Shown: piece after piece, positions 50,824-63,894 of the stretch
Layout of the letters: each line of letters starts with the position of its first letter
Position numbering within the stretch: position 1 is the stretch's first letter
Assembly: GCA_964247055.1 (NCBI GenBank)
Contig: OZ176059.1
Coordinates: forward strand, 1,922,001-1,986,000
Length of the DNA stretch: 64,000 bases
Direction of reading: 5' to 3'
Source: Paragordius varius
Taxonomy: Eukaryota > Animalia > Nematomorpha
Notes under the pieces: model-generated
The model's input: only the letters and a program-made list of their open reading frames with translations
Database searches by the model: none
What the model was told of the DNA's origin: nothing
Program-made: the position numbers and the translations under genes

Positions 50824-53800
50824 ATGATTGATAGTGGAACCCTAATGCAAAGTAAGTATTTTTATTATATCTTTTAAAAATTTTAATAAATGAACAATTC
50901 AACAAATAATTTTAAGCATTTTTGCCAAATAATGTAATATTTTTAAAATAAATTTTGTTTTTGTTTAAAATAAATATACAAAATTAATGGCCTAGGTGTA
51001 GGTTCTGAATATTTAATAAATGATTGGTAAACAATAAAATCTTTTTTATTTGCAAAATTTATAACTAAATATTGATTTCGGTATCGTATTTGTGTAATGG
51101 CTAGCCATTGTATCCATATAGAGGCTGGCTGTGATATTTGCGATCCTGCCAGGTTATCATCAATATTGGCAACAATTAAATCATTATTTATTGTTTTTTC
51201 CCAGTTAAATGTTGGTCTATCCCCGCTATTGTTTCCTTCAAGATGTAGGGATATAATTTATTATTCTGGATCACCTGTGCGAAATATCTGAATCTATTTT
51301 TTTGAGCATAAGAATAAATTTAGCATCCGCTTTTCCCTGGATTTATTTTAATGTTACTTGATATTAATATTTAATTAAATTTATTACTGTTTTACTTAAA
51401 GTTTGATCAATATAATATAGTAAGTATTTTTTAAGCAGTTATTACAAAATTAAAGCCGTCAAATTGTGATTAGTGATAATTTAAACACCCACTATATATA
51501 AATATATATTATTATTTAAAACACCACTTTTTATTTCTAGCCTATGGGTTTGCAACCCTTGCTGTTTTGCTCATTAGCCTAGTCTCACTTTTGGGGATTG
51601 TTTTGGTGCCGTTTTTATCCAAAACGTATTATTCCTACCTCATACTCGGGTTAATTGCCCTTGCTATTGGTACTATGTCCGGGGATGCATTTTTACATTT
51701 ACTTCCGCAGGTTTTTCATTCTTTTTCTTATAATCAGCGAGAAAAAAACAACACACAAACTTACAGTCATGTATTTTTAATTATATAAAAAATTTATTTT
51801 CTACCGTTAAATGGGTATAAAAATTTGTTAAAGAATGAAAAAACAAGAGCTCTATGGTAATAACAATATCATATTCATCAAAAACCATACAGCTCTTGTT
51901 TTTTCCTTTCTTTACCAATTCAACCCATTTAACGAAATACATTTGAAATCTTTCCCTATTAACAACAATTTAAGGATCTATCCATATAATCAATAATATG
52001 GCTGTTAACTTTAACATATTATATATACCATTTTTTAATTTTAAAGCAACACTTTTCAAGCAAACACAACTGAAAAAATTTCGCGTTTGATTGAAAAAAT
52101 GATGTTTTTGACTGAAAAATATATATATGTTTTATAGGCTATAGGTCTCCATGAACATTCCCATACTACACAAGAGATGAGCACTTCTTCTCTGGTAAAG
52201 ACTCATATTGACCCGCCGCATACACATTTACATGATCATAACCATGATCATGACCATGATCATTCCGCAAATGGTAATATGTTTGATTTAGTTAAAGTTG
52301 GACTAAAAATACTGCTTAACTTGAAATTATACAGAAATAACATAGAAACAAATGTTTTTGCTAAAGACAGCTGTATACTTTTTAAATATATGTTATTTTT
52401 TATGCTGCAAAAAAATAGAGATTTAAATTTGACACATTCTAACATGTATTTTACAATTATAAGCATGGTCTTTTGAAAAGTTTGTTTACTTTTTGTCTGC
52501 ATGATTTTAATTTTTACTGTAGGTCTATGATTAAAAATGCATTGTGTGTTGTTTTTGATTAATTATTTTTCCATATAGCAATATTTACAATAAAGACTAT
52601 TTTATTGGTTATAAGGAAGAAAAAAAACAAAAAATATTAAATTATGCACCAACTTTAAGCCAATCGTATCGCTATTTGCTCTTGCTATCTGGTAATTTGT
52701 TAATACAAAGTAGGATTGTATCTTAAATTACATTGTAGATAGAGTTTGCATATATATATATATTTATATGTGTATATATACCTATATATATATTAATGCT
52801 TTTCTACCTTTGATTGGCTTTAATCATAAGTAAAACAATCATCATTTAATTTATTAATGCATCCGGGTTGGCTTTAACATATTTGCAATGATAAAATGCC
52901 CCTCTTATGAACTTTATTTAAATAACCAGTCCAAAACTCTGGACATCTCTTAACTTATTCTAAAACATTCATTTAAAATAATAATTATCATTACTTTAAA
53001 TTGAGTTATATTAAATTATTTATATTTTTAGAGTAATAGCTATCATTTTTCAACATAAAAGTAATAATGACTTTTGTTTTTTGATTAGTTACTGACCGTG
53101 AATGACTATATTCTTAACTGACCGCTAGACCGGTTACCTGCGTAACATATTCATTAAGTTAACCTTATACGTTATTTTCTCCTCCCAAAAAAGGGGATGG
53201 GGGAAAACGGTCAAAATGTTATATAGATATTCAATCGTAATGCGGATTATAGTTTTATTTAATTATATTTATACACATTAAAGAATTCAATGAAACCATA
53301 ATTACCAATAACTCGTTTATTTCATCATCAGAAACTAACAGAGCAGTCATTAAAAGAGCCGCCTCGAATCACAATGAAAATGACAGTCACAGTCACAGTC
53401 ATGCAGAAGAAGAATTACACCATGATGATTCCAAGTACCGTGATGCCGTGTGGAAACTGCTTGCTGTACTAGCCACCATCTTTGTCTTTCATGTTATGGA
53501 GCTGTTGTTACATTATGCCCAGGATTGGTTTGATGATCGTCGCAGCGGCGGCGAGGATCAAACTGCTGCAACAGCTGATGGTACGGGTAAATCACATGGT
53601 CATCATGTTCATTCACACTCGCACCACTCACATGGTCACGGTCACTCGCATCATTCACATGGTCATTCACACATGCACTCCTCTCATGGTCCAACAGCTG
53701 ATGGCAGCGGTAAGCACCATGCCAAGCATCCGCACCTCATTATCCCTGTCAAAGCATTCGTTAATAACACAAATAAAAATAATAATAAAAAGCATGAAAT

Positions 53801-55902
53801 AATGGGTTTAAATAATGAATTGTTACCTATATCACCATCTGCTAAAGATGATACGCTGTTAGGAAATGGATTGGATAATCAAAGTGAAGATCTTTCAAAT
53901 ATTTCGAAAGGTTAATACTTTTTTTTTCAAATATTTGAAATTGAGAGTAAAATTGGCGGTATTTCAACATAGTTTTAACTGATATATGTGTATATAAAAA
54001 AGATAAAATTATGTATGTTTTTTACAATACTCATTTGAATAATTGGTTTTAGCTGAAATAAAAAAAATGTAGTTTATAGCTTAAAATTATGGGGTTTAAT
54101 TTGATTATGTGCCTGATTTTAACTACACTTGTTTCATGGGTGGTATTTATCCTCTGTATGATTTTTTAAATATTTCTATATACAAGGGATATTTATTTAA
54201 AATTTTTAGCTGCAAAAAACAGGATACCCATTGTTTTGGGCACATGCAAAAAAACTGATAGAGAACAAACAAAGAAATTTTTAGCCCATCAATCCCACAA
54301 AAAAGAAAGTCATGGTAAGATTTGATTGATTTACAAAATGATTTCGCCTATCGTTTTTTTTTCGTTTATTCTTATACATTTTTTGTTTAAAACAAGATAC
54401 TTTAAATTAAAAATTTACCTTCATATTAAATATATTTAAATAAAAAATAATTTTTTAAATAAAACAATAGAAAAAATTTATTTCAAATTTTAAGGAATTT
54501 GAGTTTTTAATTGAAAGGTGAATTTACGATTTAAATGATACATATTTTTATCTTAGATGAATTCAATGCCAACACTTCTCCTTCCACAACCATAAACATA
54601 AACGACACCAAATCTAAGAAAATTAATGCGCTACCACCGTTAAATAACGCCATCAGTGGCCTCAATAATAACAATACACTGTACACCAAATTGTCTTTGT
54701 GGCTAAAGGACCGCACAAATAACCGCCATCTTCATCAACGAAAACATCTGTGCACAGATGATCAGGATTGTAGCAAGTTAAATAATTCATCATCTTCATC
54801 CTCTATATCTTCATTTAACGCCGGTCAACGGTTTACAGCTGTCGATGGAAATGTGCCCCCTTTGAACGGCCATAAACATGTGGGAATTGGAATTGATAAT
54901 AGGGACGGAAATGGTATTATAGATGGACTTGATTATAGGGACGAAAAATTGAGACTTGATTCTACGGGTATATCTTTATACATATATATATAATTATGTT
55001 AATATAATTTTAATTGTATTCTTTCAAATAATTATAGGCTATAAAAAAATTCTAATTTTTGTATAATATTATTTTATATATTAAAATTTATATTGTTTTA
55101 AATATATTTTTTCATTGCAATTAATGAAAATTATTATATTTAATAGAATTGCAATTAAAAAATAGGAAATTGTCAATTTTTCGGTAAAGTTAATTAACCA
55201 TAGTTTAATGACCTTTTTATATGAATGGTATATTTATTGCTCTGTGAATTTTTGAGCTAGGAAAGTTCGCTTAAATGATATTTAAACTTAACTCTGATTA
55301 CATGATCGATTTAAAAAAAAGATTTTATATAATGGCTAACTTTACAAAAAATGATTTTCTTGTTACCTTTTGCTGCCGTCCATATCCAATAATAAAACTA
55401 TTTGTCTTTTAAATTAAATTTGTAAAATGCGTGATATTCGTTACATATTTTACAACACGATATTTTTTAGATTTTTTTTTCATTGCATTATAGATGATCA
55501 TAAAATTAATCATTCAAAATATAACCGTCGCACAGATGATATCCAGCTCTGTCCACATCATTATTTGGAAAGGCATGAGAATCATTTAGATTTAGTACGA
55601 AGCCAATGTACCCCAAATACAGTTGAAAACACTAATACTAATGTCCGAAACTCACCTCTTAAAACAGGTTTTTTTATTATGAATTAAATATGTTAATATT
55701 TTTTGTGGAGGGGAATTCGAATAAAGTATTAGAGGAAATATGGTAGATTTACGGACAGTTAAAACTTAAATGACAAATATTTTACTTTATTTCAAAAAAC
55801 AACTGTACTTTTTTGTTTCTTGATTTTTCATATATACCTTGTTTGGCAAATCGTAAAATCTTAAGCAAAAGCGTATAAAAACTTTAAGACAACATACTTT
55901 TG

Positions 55903-55974
<72 letters not shown>

Positions 55975-58245
55975 CGCCATCTAGTAACAAATTTAAAATA
56001 ATTAGCAATGCAATTTTTTACTTACATGTATATAATTAATTAGATTATTAATGCATTAATATTATTAACCGTATAACTTATTTTTTTAGCCCATGAAAAT
56101 GTAGCATTTGATAAAAGTATTGGGAGTGATATATTAATAAATCATCCACACCATCATCAAGATATAGACACCCATAATGAGACAAGCGGCACGCTATCAC
56201 CAAATAATGACAGTATATTACGTTTTATCAAAAACAAATACTTTTAGATTTGATTTTTTTAAACTTTTGTTATCCCATTTATAATTCAAATTTACCCTTG
56301 AACAAATCGAATCTACCCTTAAATAAATTGTATGTTTTTTAAAATAAAAAAATACCTATATTTTACCATTTATTATTGGGTAATAAAATTTTATTTAAAA
56401 TTATAATGCCTGAAAAAATAATAAACTATGGCCATAAAAATATATTTCATATTAATAATGAGTTATATAAACCTGAAAACACATAACATTTTTAGGGTCA
56501 ATTTGAATTGTTCAGGGGTGAAATTGAATTGTAAATGGTTTATTTTTTTTGAGCACTATAGTGGATGCATTGCACATTTATTTTACTTTCCATATCCATA
56601 AATTTATCTAAATGAGCCCAATTGAGACTTTTTTTTGATTGATATACGTAATGGTTTTAGGGTTTATACATAAAAAATGTAAAATAATCTAGATTAATAA
56701 CCATTTTTTGTCATTTTAATATATTTTATTTCCACGTCAAACAAAAACCTTTATTTGATTATTTTGCTATAAAATTATTTTACACCCACATTTTTTCCTA
56801 CGCTTAAGATTAAGAGATGTTTTTACCAATTTTAAATGGATTTTTATCTTAAATAAATGGAATCAACATATTATCCATGTAAAACTATTTTAATTATTTT
56901 TATATTACAAAATATATATTAGATTATAATTTATATTGCTACCAGAAAAACGTGATGAAAAAAAGAAAAACCCCACCAATGATATGTACCCTATCCCTAC
57001 GCAAAATTTTAATTACCATAGCAACACTAATCAAAATGATACACCTATCTTACTCCGTGTATGTCTCAAGAATAGTCATGAAGATTTACAATTCAACAGT
57101 GATACTGATATGGATGATTGTAACAATAATAATATTATAACCGGCGAAAATTTCAAAAATTTAGGTATGTACGCGTCGTTTTTTATCAAAGTTTTTATAA
57201 TTACAGTATTTTTGACTGATAGAAATAATTGGAAAAACTAAAATTAAATTTTATTTGAATTGAAAGCTACCCTTTAATGTTAAAAAACATTTTTGATATA
57301 TAGAATTATAATTATATATCGTATGAATAAATACATTACACTGTTGGTTTTTTAGTAAGATGCTGCCATTTGCTTTTTTTAATTATATTAATTATAAATC
57401 TTGACATATACCAATATATGAAACCAATTATTATCTTAACATATTTATTTAATTTTAGGGATTTTTTTACAAAATTAAATTAAGTCTGAACATCTTTTCT
57501 ATGCACCACAGTTGGTATTACTGTTATTTTTTTGAATTTATCTTTTCTTGGATTGTTAAATACATTTTTAGTAAAAACATTCCTAATTTCTATTAACACA
57601 TATCAATCAATATACAGTAAAGAGTAACTATTATTAGCTAACAACGTTAAAAAGCCAAAACTATTTTTTTTCCCTTTACTTTAATACTTTAATTGGAAAA
57701 ACTAGAAATGTATATATATATTTACTAATCAAACTACTGTAGATTGTTACAGCAAAAATTATGTTCAGAAGAATCCTAACAATGGAAACAATCAATGCTT
57801 TGATGCCATGTGTCATAAAATTCAACTTGGAATTCCTGATCGTGTGGAACATAGGTTAGTTTTTTACTCACTCATCACTGTATTGTACTAAACAGATTAT
57901 TATTGGTTATTTGGACATTTTAAGAATAAGGAAATATATATGTAGTTTATTACAACTATTATTTTTCCGTTTTTCTTGCTTACCCTATGTGTACAATTCG
58001 AGAAAACCCATAAGAATTTTAATACCTTAAACAAATTCTTTCCTTATTAACCAATAATTTGAAAGCCTAAATAGCCAATAAATGGTTGCTTACATGTAAA
58101 TTTATAACTTTTATACAAACATATTATAAATTTTGTCTTAACACGTATAGACTAATTATTGAGTGGTTATTACGCGCAAAACTTTTACAAAAAATTAAAA
58201 TCGATTTTAATCTTTTACTATGTTAAAATATTTTAAAATTTATAT

Positions 58246-58277
<32 letters not shown>

Positions 58278-59799
58278 AAGTTATACGGACAAAATGTTTT
58301 TTCGAAAGATAAATTTTTTAAACCTTAATTTTTCCTCTCTAAGCTATTCAATTATGTTAAAATATTATTTGATTGTTTTAGTAATATAATCTACTTCACA
58401 CTTTACAATATAAATAAAGAGTTATATTAAAAAAAGAAGATGTAAAAAGTATGGTTGTCTTTTAGAAAAAAAATTTGTCTTTATATATTTACATTTTGTC
58501 CGTATAATTTTAATTTTTACTGTCAATTAAAGAGCATATAAATAAAGTTTAAATCTTGTAACGTTTTAGAACGGTTTAAATTAGATATTTATAATCTGAT
58601 TGATTTTTCCAAAAAACTTTGAAAATTGAATATGATGTAGTTAGGCACAAGTAATATTATTTTTAAAAATAATTTTCTTTAAATTTGCTTTAAACGACAT
58701 AAGTAGAATGAAAATTATTTTAATTTACTCATCTATATTATTATATTAAATATACCTTTTTAATCTGTGGTAATCAATTTCAATTAATATAAAATTTATT
58801 TTATTGCATGTGTGGGAAATAAAATAAGTGAATATTCCGAACTTATATTTTCGATATAAATACTCACATTTTTATTCGCTAATATTTTTATTTTATACAA
58901 TTTAAAAATTTCATAATTTTAATGTTTATTATACAAAAAATTATTATGCATTTGGTCTTTATACTACACCATTATCAAATTTACCTTTAAACAATTCAAA
59001 TTCACCCTAATAAATATGTGTTTTTTATAATTAAAAATTAGCTATATTTTTTTATATTTTAATAAATGAAATTTCGTTTAAAATTAATAATACTGAAAAA
59101 ATAATATATGCCATAAGAATATATTTCTAATTAATGATGAGTTATATTAGCCCGAAAACATAATTTATTTTTAGGGTGAATTTGGATTGTAAATGGTAAA
59201 TTATAAATATATATACATAGATATATTGTGAAATCTCAATTATTTTACCATTGACACAATAATATAACATTGAAAGTTTTATGTTTTGTCATTGTTGTAA
59301 AACGACCTTATATTTATTTTTTAGACATCATGACCTAAAACATGAGCATGTAACTTGTCATCACAAAGATGTCATGAAAGCCGCGGCTGAAATCATACAA
59401 GCTAAACGAAAAAGTAAGATTTTAAAGTCGTCGGAGAAAATGATAATAAAATTCATATTACAGTAAAAATTGAAATTTTACGGACAAAACGTGGAATTTA
59501 AAGACAAATATTTTTTCAAAAGACAACCATACGTTTTAATCTTGATTTATTACAACATAACTCATTGTTTAAAATGGCAAAGTGTGAAATAGATATATAT
59601 AATACTAACACAATCAATTATATATTTTACATTTTTAACTAAGTAGTTTATATGGGAAACATTAAGGTTTTAAAATGTATGGTTTTTTATCGGAAAAAAT
59701 ATTTGTCTTTATATTCTAAGTTTTGTCCGTATAATTTTAATTTTTACTGTAAGTATTATTTTTTACCATGGTTTTTTATCTGATATTAAGAAGTTGTTA

Positions 59800-59841
<42 letters not shown>

Positions 59842-62800
59842 TATATATATATAAATATACCGATTTAAACATTACCACCATGAACTATCTTTTTTTATGT
59901 GTTCCCATGATAAACATGTAATTAAAATGTATTTTTTTGGCATATAGTTTACTTTTTCTATACTCTAATTTGTTATTATGATTTTATTTTTTTATTTTAC
60001 CATTCTAATTTATCTGATTCACGTTTAAAAACAGTAAGATTTTCCATGTGTGAAAACATAAGCATAAAAAATAATTAGTAAATAAGGCATAAAACAAATA
60101 ATCTTAACTTGTAAATTTGTTCAATTCAGAAGTTTTAAATAAAAATTAAAGTTTTTTGCATGGTAAAATTTTAAAGGTTTTAGGGTGCATGGATATTTAA
60201 TTGATACAAAATAATAAGAAGTTAATTTTGTTATGATTGATTTTGTAATAGTGAGTAATATTATTATATAATTTTGATTCATTTAAATTAATTCCTTTTT
60301 TAAATACAATATAAAGTTGAAATTTTAATTATACGGATATAACGCACAAATATAAAGACAAAAATTTATTTTTAAAAGACAACCATACTTTTTATATCTT
60401 TTCGATTTTTTGAATTATTAACCATTGTTTATAATTGCAACGTATAAAATAGAGATGTAAATTGGTAACGCAATCAATTATATATTTTACAATTGTCATC
60501 AAATATTTTATTAAGGAGAAATTAAAGTTTAAAAAGTATGGTCGCCTTATGTAAAGAATTTTTTTTAACGTTTCGTCCGTATAATATCAATTTTTACCCT
60601 TAATAAGAAAAGAGTGAGCGTTTTTTAATACTGGAATGTGTTGTTAGGGATAAATCAAAAGGTAAATATTTAAATATCAGGTTAAATTATAATAAGTATA
60701 TTAAGATTTAATTCTATTGCCTTTTTATCATTGCTAAAGGATAACCGTTAATTTTTTTCATATATCCTATTTCTTCATTTCCTACGCAAACTTAGATAGT
60801 CGAAGTAATAGGTTCTATTGTATTTTTTATCATTGTTAAAGGATAGCCTTTAATTTTTTTTCATATATCCTATTTCTTCATTTTATTATGCAACATAGAT
60901 AGTCGAAGTAATAGGCTACCAGGCGGTCAAAATGTAACATATAGTGCATCATTTAACGAAAACTGTTGCAATCCGCAAACGCTGCCCAACAACACAATCA
61001 ATGTAGTTAAGGGTAATGAAAAAAATGATACCCATTTTCATAAAAGACCCTCCCATCATTATATGGTATATTCATTTATTTATATATAATATTGCCTTTT
61101 TAATTTATCCAAATTTATGCTTGTTGAGTGTTGAACGGTTAAAAATAAGGTTAGTTAAACCGCCCCTCATGTATAAAGTACCGCATGATTATAACTTGTC
61201 TGTAAATTCCAATATAAATGTTGTGGTAAATTAAAAACAAACTATTTTAGTCTTTTTAATTGGTTTCCAAATCGTAGAATATTACTAATATTAAAATTTC
61301 TTATGTTTTAATATATAAAATTATAATTTTATCCAGCGTTTCAATTTGTTTTATATTATCCTGTTATAATTAAATATACAGTAAAACTTGAAAAAAACGG
61401 ACAAAACGTAAAACTATAAAGACAAATATTTTTTTCTGAAAACACTTTTACTATTTAAATCTTAATTTTTTGCGATATAACTGATTATTTTATACAACAA
61501 GGTATATAGAGATTTATATTGGTAACACAATCAAATATATATTTTATCATTGTAAATAAATCAATATGAGAAAAATTTAATTCTAAAAGGTATGGTTGTC
61601 TTTTAGAAAAAAAATGTCTTTATTTTACGTTTGTGTCCGTATAATTTCAGTTTTAACTGTATATCCTAAATTTTTTGACAGCCTCTTTATTTAATTAGGC
61701 GCGAATGTTTGATTGTTTTTGCAATAGAAAAATTTCATTCTGCTACCTTTTTTTTCAAATATGAGAGGCCTAAAACAATTTTAATAAAAAACTGCCTTTT
61801 TAAGTTCTTTTTTTAATCTAAATATAGACTAGCTCTAGCCAACCATGTATTCATGAAAACGATGATATAGACACCGATCTAAGTTCACACATTATGGGTG
61901 AACGGGTAGTTATAACTAATGCCATGGAACAAGCTATTAAGGTTTATTTTTGTTTTGTTTGCGTTATAGTTTTATTTACTTGAGTTTTAAGTTTTTAGTT
62001 TGTATGAAGTTTATTGAAAATGCGTTTGAAATGGTTTTATATATATCAAAACAAGGATATTGTTAAGCCTGAAAGCTTTAAATTTATTGTTAAATAAACT
62101 GTAATAAAATATTGTGGTTTACAAATAATTCAGCCGTAAAAATTTGTTAAATAGTGCTTTTTTAATCTTAATCACAAGTGTATAAATGGAATAAAGTAGG
62201 TTTATATATTTTTGCTCTAACTATTATTAAAGAAAAAGATTTTACATTTCATTTTATAAAATCATTGTTTTAATAAAAAAAATTGGTTAGTTTTTTTAAA
62301 TTTTTCTAGATAACATTTATAGATTGGTTACAACAAAAAAACTACATTAAATATATATATATATATATATTTCAAGCCAATTAATTGCTCTTTACTACTT
62401 TAGATGTTATCTTGCCGTTTTAAATGTAATATTAGCAATTTTTTATATATTGTATATAATACATTTGATGTCAATATATGTATGAATTAAATAAGCCCTA
62501 AAACCATTTTATTTAAAGCTTTTTTCACAATGTTAGCATTTAAACTAATTTTTTTTATCACAAATATTTTGAATACACTCTCATATCCTTGACGATTATC
62601 TTTTTTCAGTAATGATTTAATTACAAACCGTAAAAATATAAAGACAAATATTGTTTCCAAAAGACAACCATACTTTTTCAAACAAAGTTTTTCGATAAAA
62701 ACTATTTAATTACATTGTAAAATATGTAATTGATTGTTACCAATTTACATTTCTATAGTTTAAAGCAATGAGTAGTTACATGTAAAAAAATCAGGATATA

Positions 62801-63894
62801 AAAAGTATGGGTGGTTGTCTTTAGAAAGAAATTTGTCTTTATATTTTTACATTTTATCGCTGTATAATTTTAATCTTTATTGTATAAAATATAATCTATA
62901 ATATGATATAATATGACATTATTTAAAGCAGGGCTGTTCAACACAAATGGCTTCGCGGGCCGCATTCACTATCTAGATGAAAATAACGAAGATATATTTT
63001 ATTGCATTTTAGTCATATAAGACTGTAAAACTTACCATTATTAACTTGAACAATTTTTGTTTGTTCATTATTACCGAAATTCGGAAAGATTTATTGAAAA
63101 AATTTGTTTGAGACAGCAAATTTTACTTTTATATTTTGTTAAATTTTGTATGTGAAATTTTTCGCGGGCTGCAAAAATATTTTGGGGGGCCGCGTGTGTG
63201 ATGGACACCCACGATTTAAAAGATTCTGATGTATACCATTTACAATTCAAATTTACCCTTAAACTATTCAAATTCACCCTTGAACAATTCAAATTCACCC
63301 TCAAATAAATTAGATTAAGATTAAAAATTAGTTATATTTTTATATATTTTCAAAACAAAATAAAAATTTTGTTTTTAATTAATATAATACCGGAAAAATA
63401 ATAGACAATGCGCCATAAGAATATATTTTATATTAATGATATGAGTTATATTAGCCAGCCCTTTATTTTTAGAGGGGAAATTAAATTTTGATCAAGGGTG
63501 AATTTGAATTGTTCAATGGTGAATTTGAATTGTTCGAGGGGGAATTTGAATTGTTCAAGGGTGAATATGAACTGTAAAATGGTAAAATTGAATTGTTCGA
63601 GGGGGAATTTGAATTGTTCAAGGGTGAATTTAAACTGTAAAATGGTGAATTTGAATTGTTAGAGGGTGAATTTGAATTGTTCAAGGGTGAATATGAACTG
63701 TAAAATGGTGTACATCATAATATATTATTACAAAGCAAATTTCTTATACATTATTTATTACATTTGATTATTTAGGGATCCGATTCTCAACACATTCCAT
63801 TACCAGTGCCGGCCGAACCCATAGTTGCGTTTGCGCCATCTATCAACAACAACAATCGGAAACGAAATTCTCAATCTCTTTTGATTGATTCAAA
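50824..63894 (+). CDS. LIV-1 subfamily ZIP (SLC39A) zinc transporter, ZIP6/ZIP10/foi-like; partial, continues beyond the window
   Basis: TM1-2: YGFATLAVLLISLVSLLGIVLVPF...LIALAIGTMSGDAFLHLLPQAIG. TM3: VWKLLAVLATIFVFHVMELLL. His-rich loops follow. Proposed exons: 50824-50851 (tentative start), 51541-51710, 52138-52273, 53332-53910, 54210-54314, 54557-54967, 55494-55667, 56090-56212, 56946-57164, 57743-57854, 59325-59413, 60899-61065, 61828-61941, 63776-63894. All are GT-AG and phase-compatible. TM4/TM5 (HEXPHEXGD) is not reached within the window. Confidence 0.85.
51805..51934. mobile_element. MITE-like family E copy
   Basis: cgttaaatgggt ... acccatttaacg. Confidence 0.7.
55904..55972. repeat. 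(TA)n microsatellite (~34 units)
   Basis: Direct reading. Confidence 0.95.
56271..56540. mobile_element. MITE family B copy
   Basis: cccatttataattcaaatttaccc ... ggggtgaaattgaattgtaaatgg. Confidence 0.8.
58277..58522. mobile_element. MITE family D copy (left end eroded)
   Basis: aagttatacggacaaaatg ... ttttgtccgtataattttaatttttactg. Confidence 0.75.
58965..59199. mobile_element. MITE family B copy
   Basis: caaatttacctttaaacaattcaaattcaccc ... gggtgaatttggattgtaaatggta. Confidence 0.8.
59461..59749. mobile_element. MITE family D copy (complete)
   Basis: ta|cagtaaaaattgaaattttacggacaaaacgt ... ttttgtccgtataattttaatttttactg|ta. Confidence 0.85.
60307..60599. mobile_element. MITE family D copy (degenerate)
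   Basis: attatacggatataacg ... cgtttcgtccgtataatatcaattttac. Confidence 0.7.
60722..60915 (+). repeat. ~100-bp tandem duplication that includes a ZIP splice acceptor
   Basis: tttttatcattg.taaaggata.cc.ttaattttttcatatatcctatttcttcattt...ag-atagtcgaagtaatagg occurs twice. Confidence 0.85.
61379..61659. mobile_element. MITE family D copy
   Basis: ta|cagtaaaacttgaaaaaaacggacaaaacgt ... gtccgtataatttcagttttaactg|ta. Confidence 0.8.
62625..62882. mobile_element. MITE family D copy (degenerate)
   Basis: Interior aagacaaatatt...aaagacaaccatact and ggttgtctttagaaa...tttgtctttatatt. Confidence 0.65.
62929..63213. mobile_element. hAT-type MITE
   Basis: cagggctgttcaac..cgcgggccgc ... gggccgcgtgtgtgatggacaccc, with a near-exact 8-bp TSD atttaaag/atttaaaa. 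Confidence 0.65.
63232..63712. mobile_element. MITE family B copy with a large right-hand 21-bp array
   Basis: tataccatttacaattcaaatttaccc start and about 10 gggtgaatttgaattgttc units at 63490-63710. Confidence 0.85.

Noticed and set aside
50480-50830. Slightly GC-richer stretch with exon-like pieces on the minus strand
   Set aside because: All frames hit stops and I recognise no homology. It is more likely ZIP 5' UTR or promoter.
51097-51291. 64-aa ORF containing LSPLLF, similar to an RT motif or a possible ZIP exon
   Set aside because: There is no QG before the motif and no YADD after it, and no splice sites join it in frame to the ZIP exons. Left unassigned.
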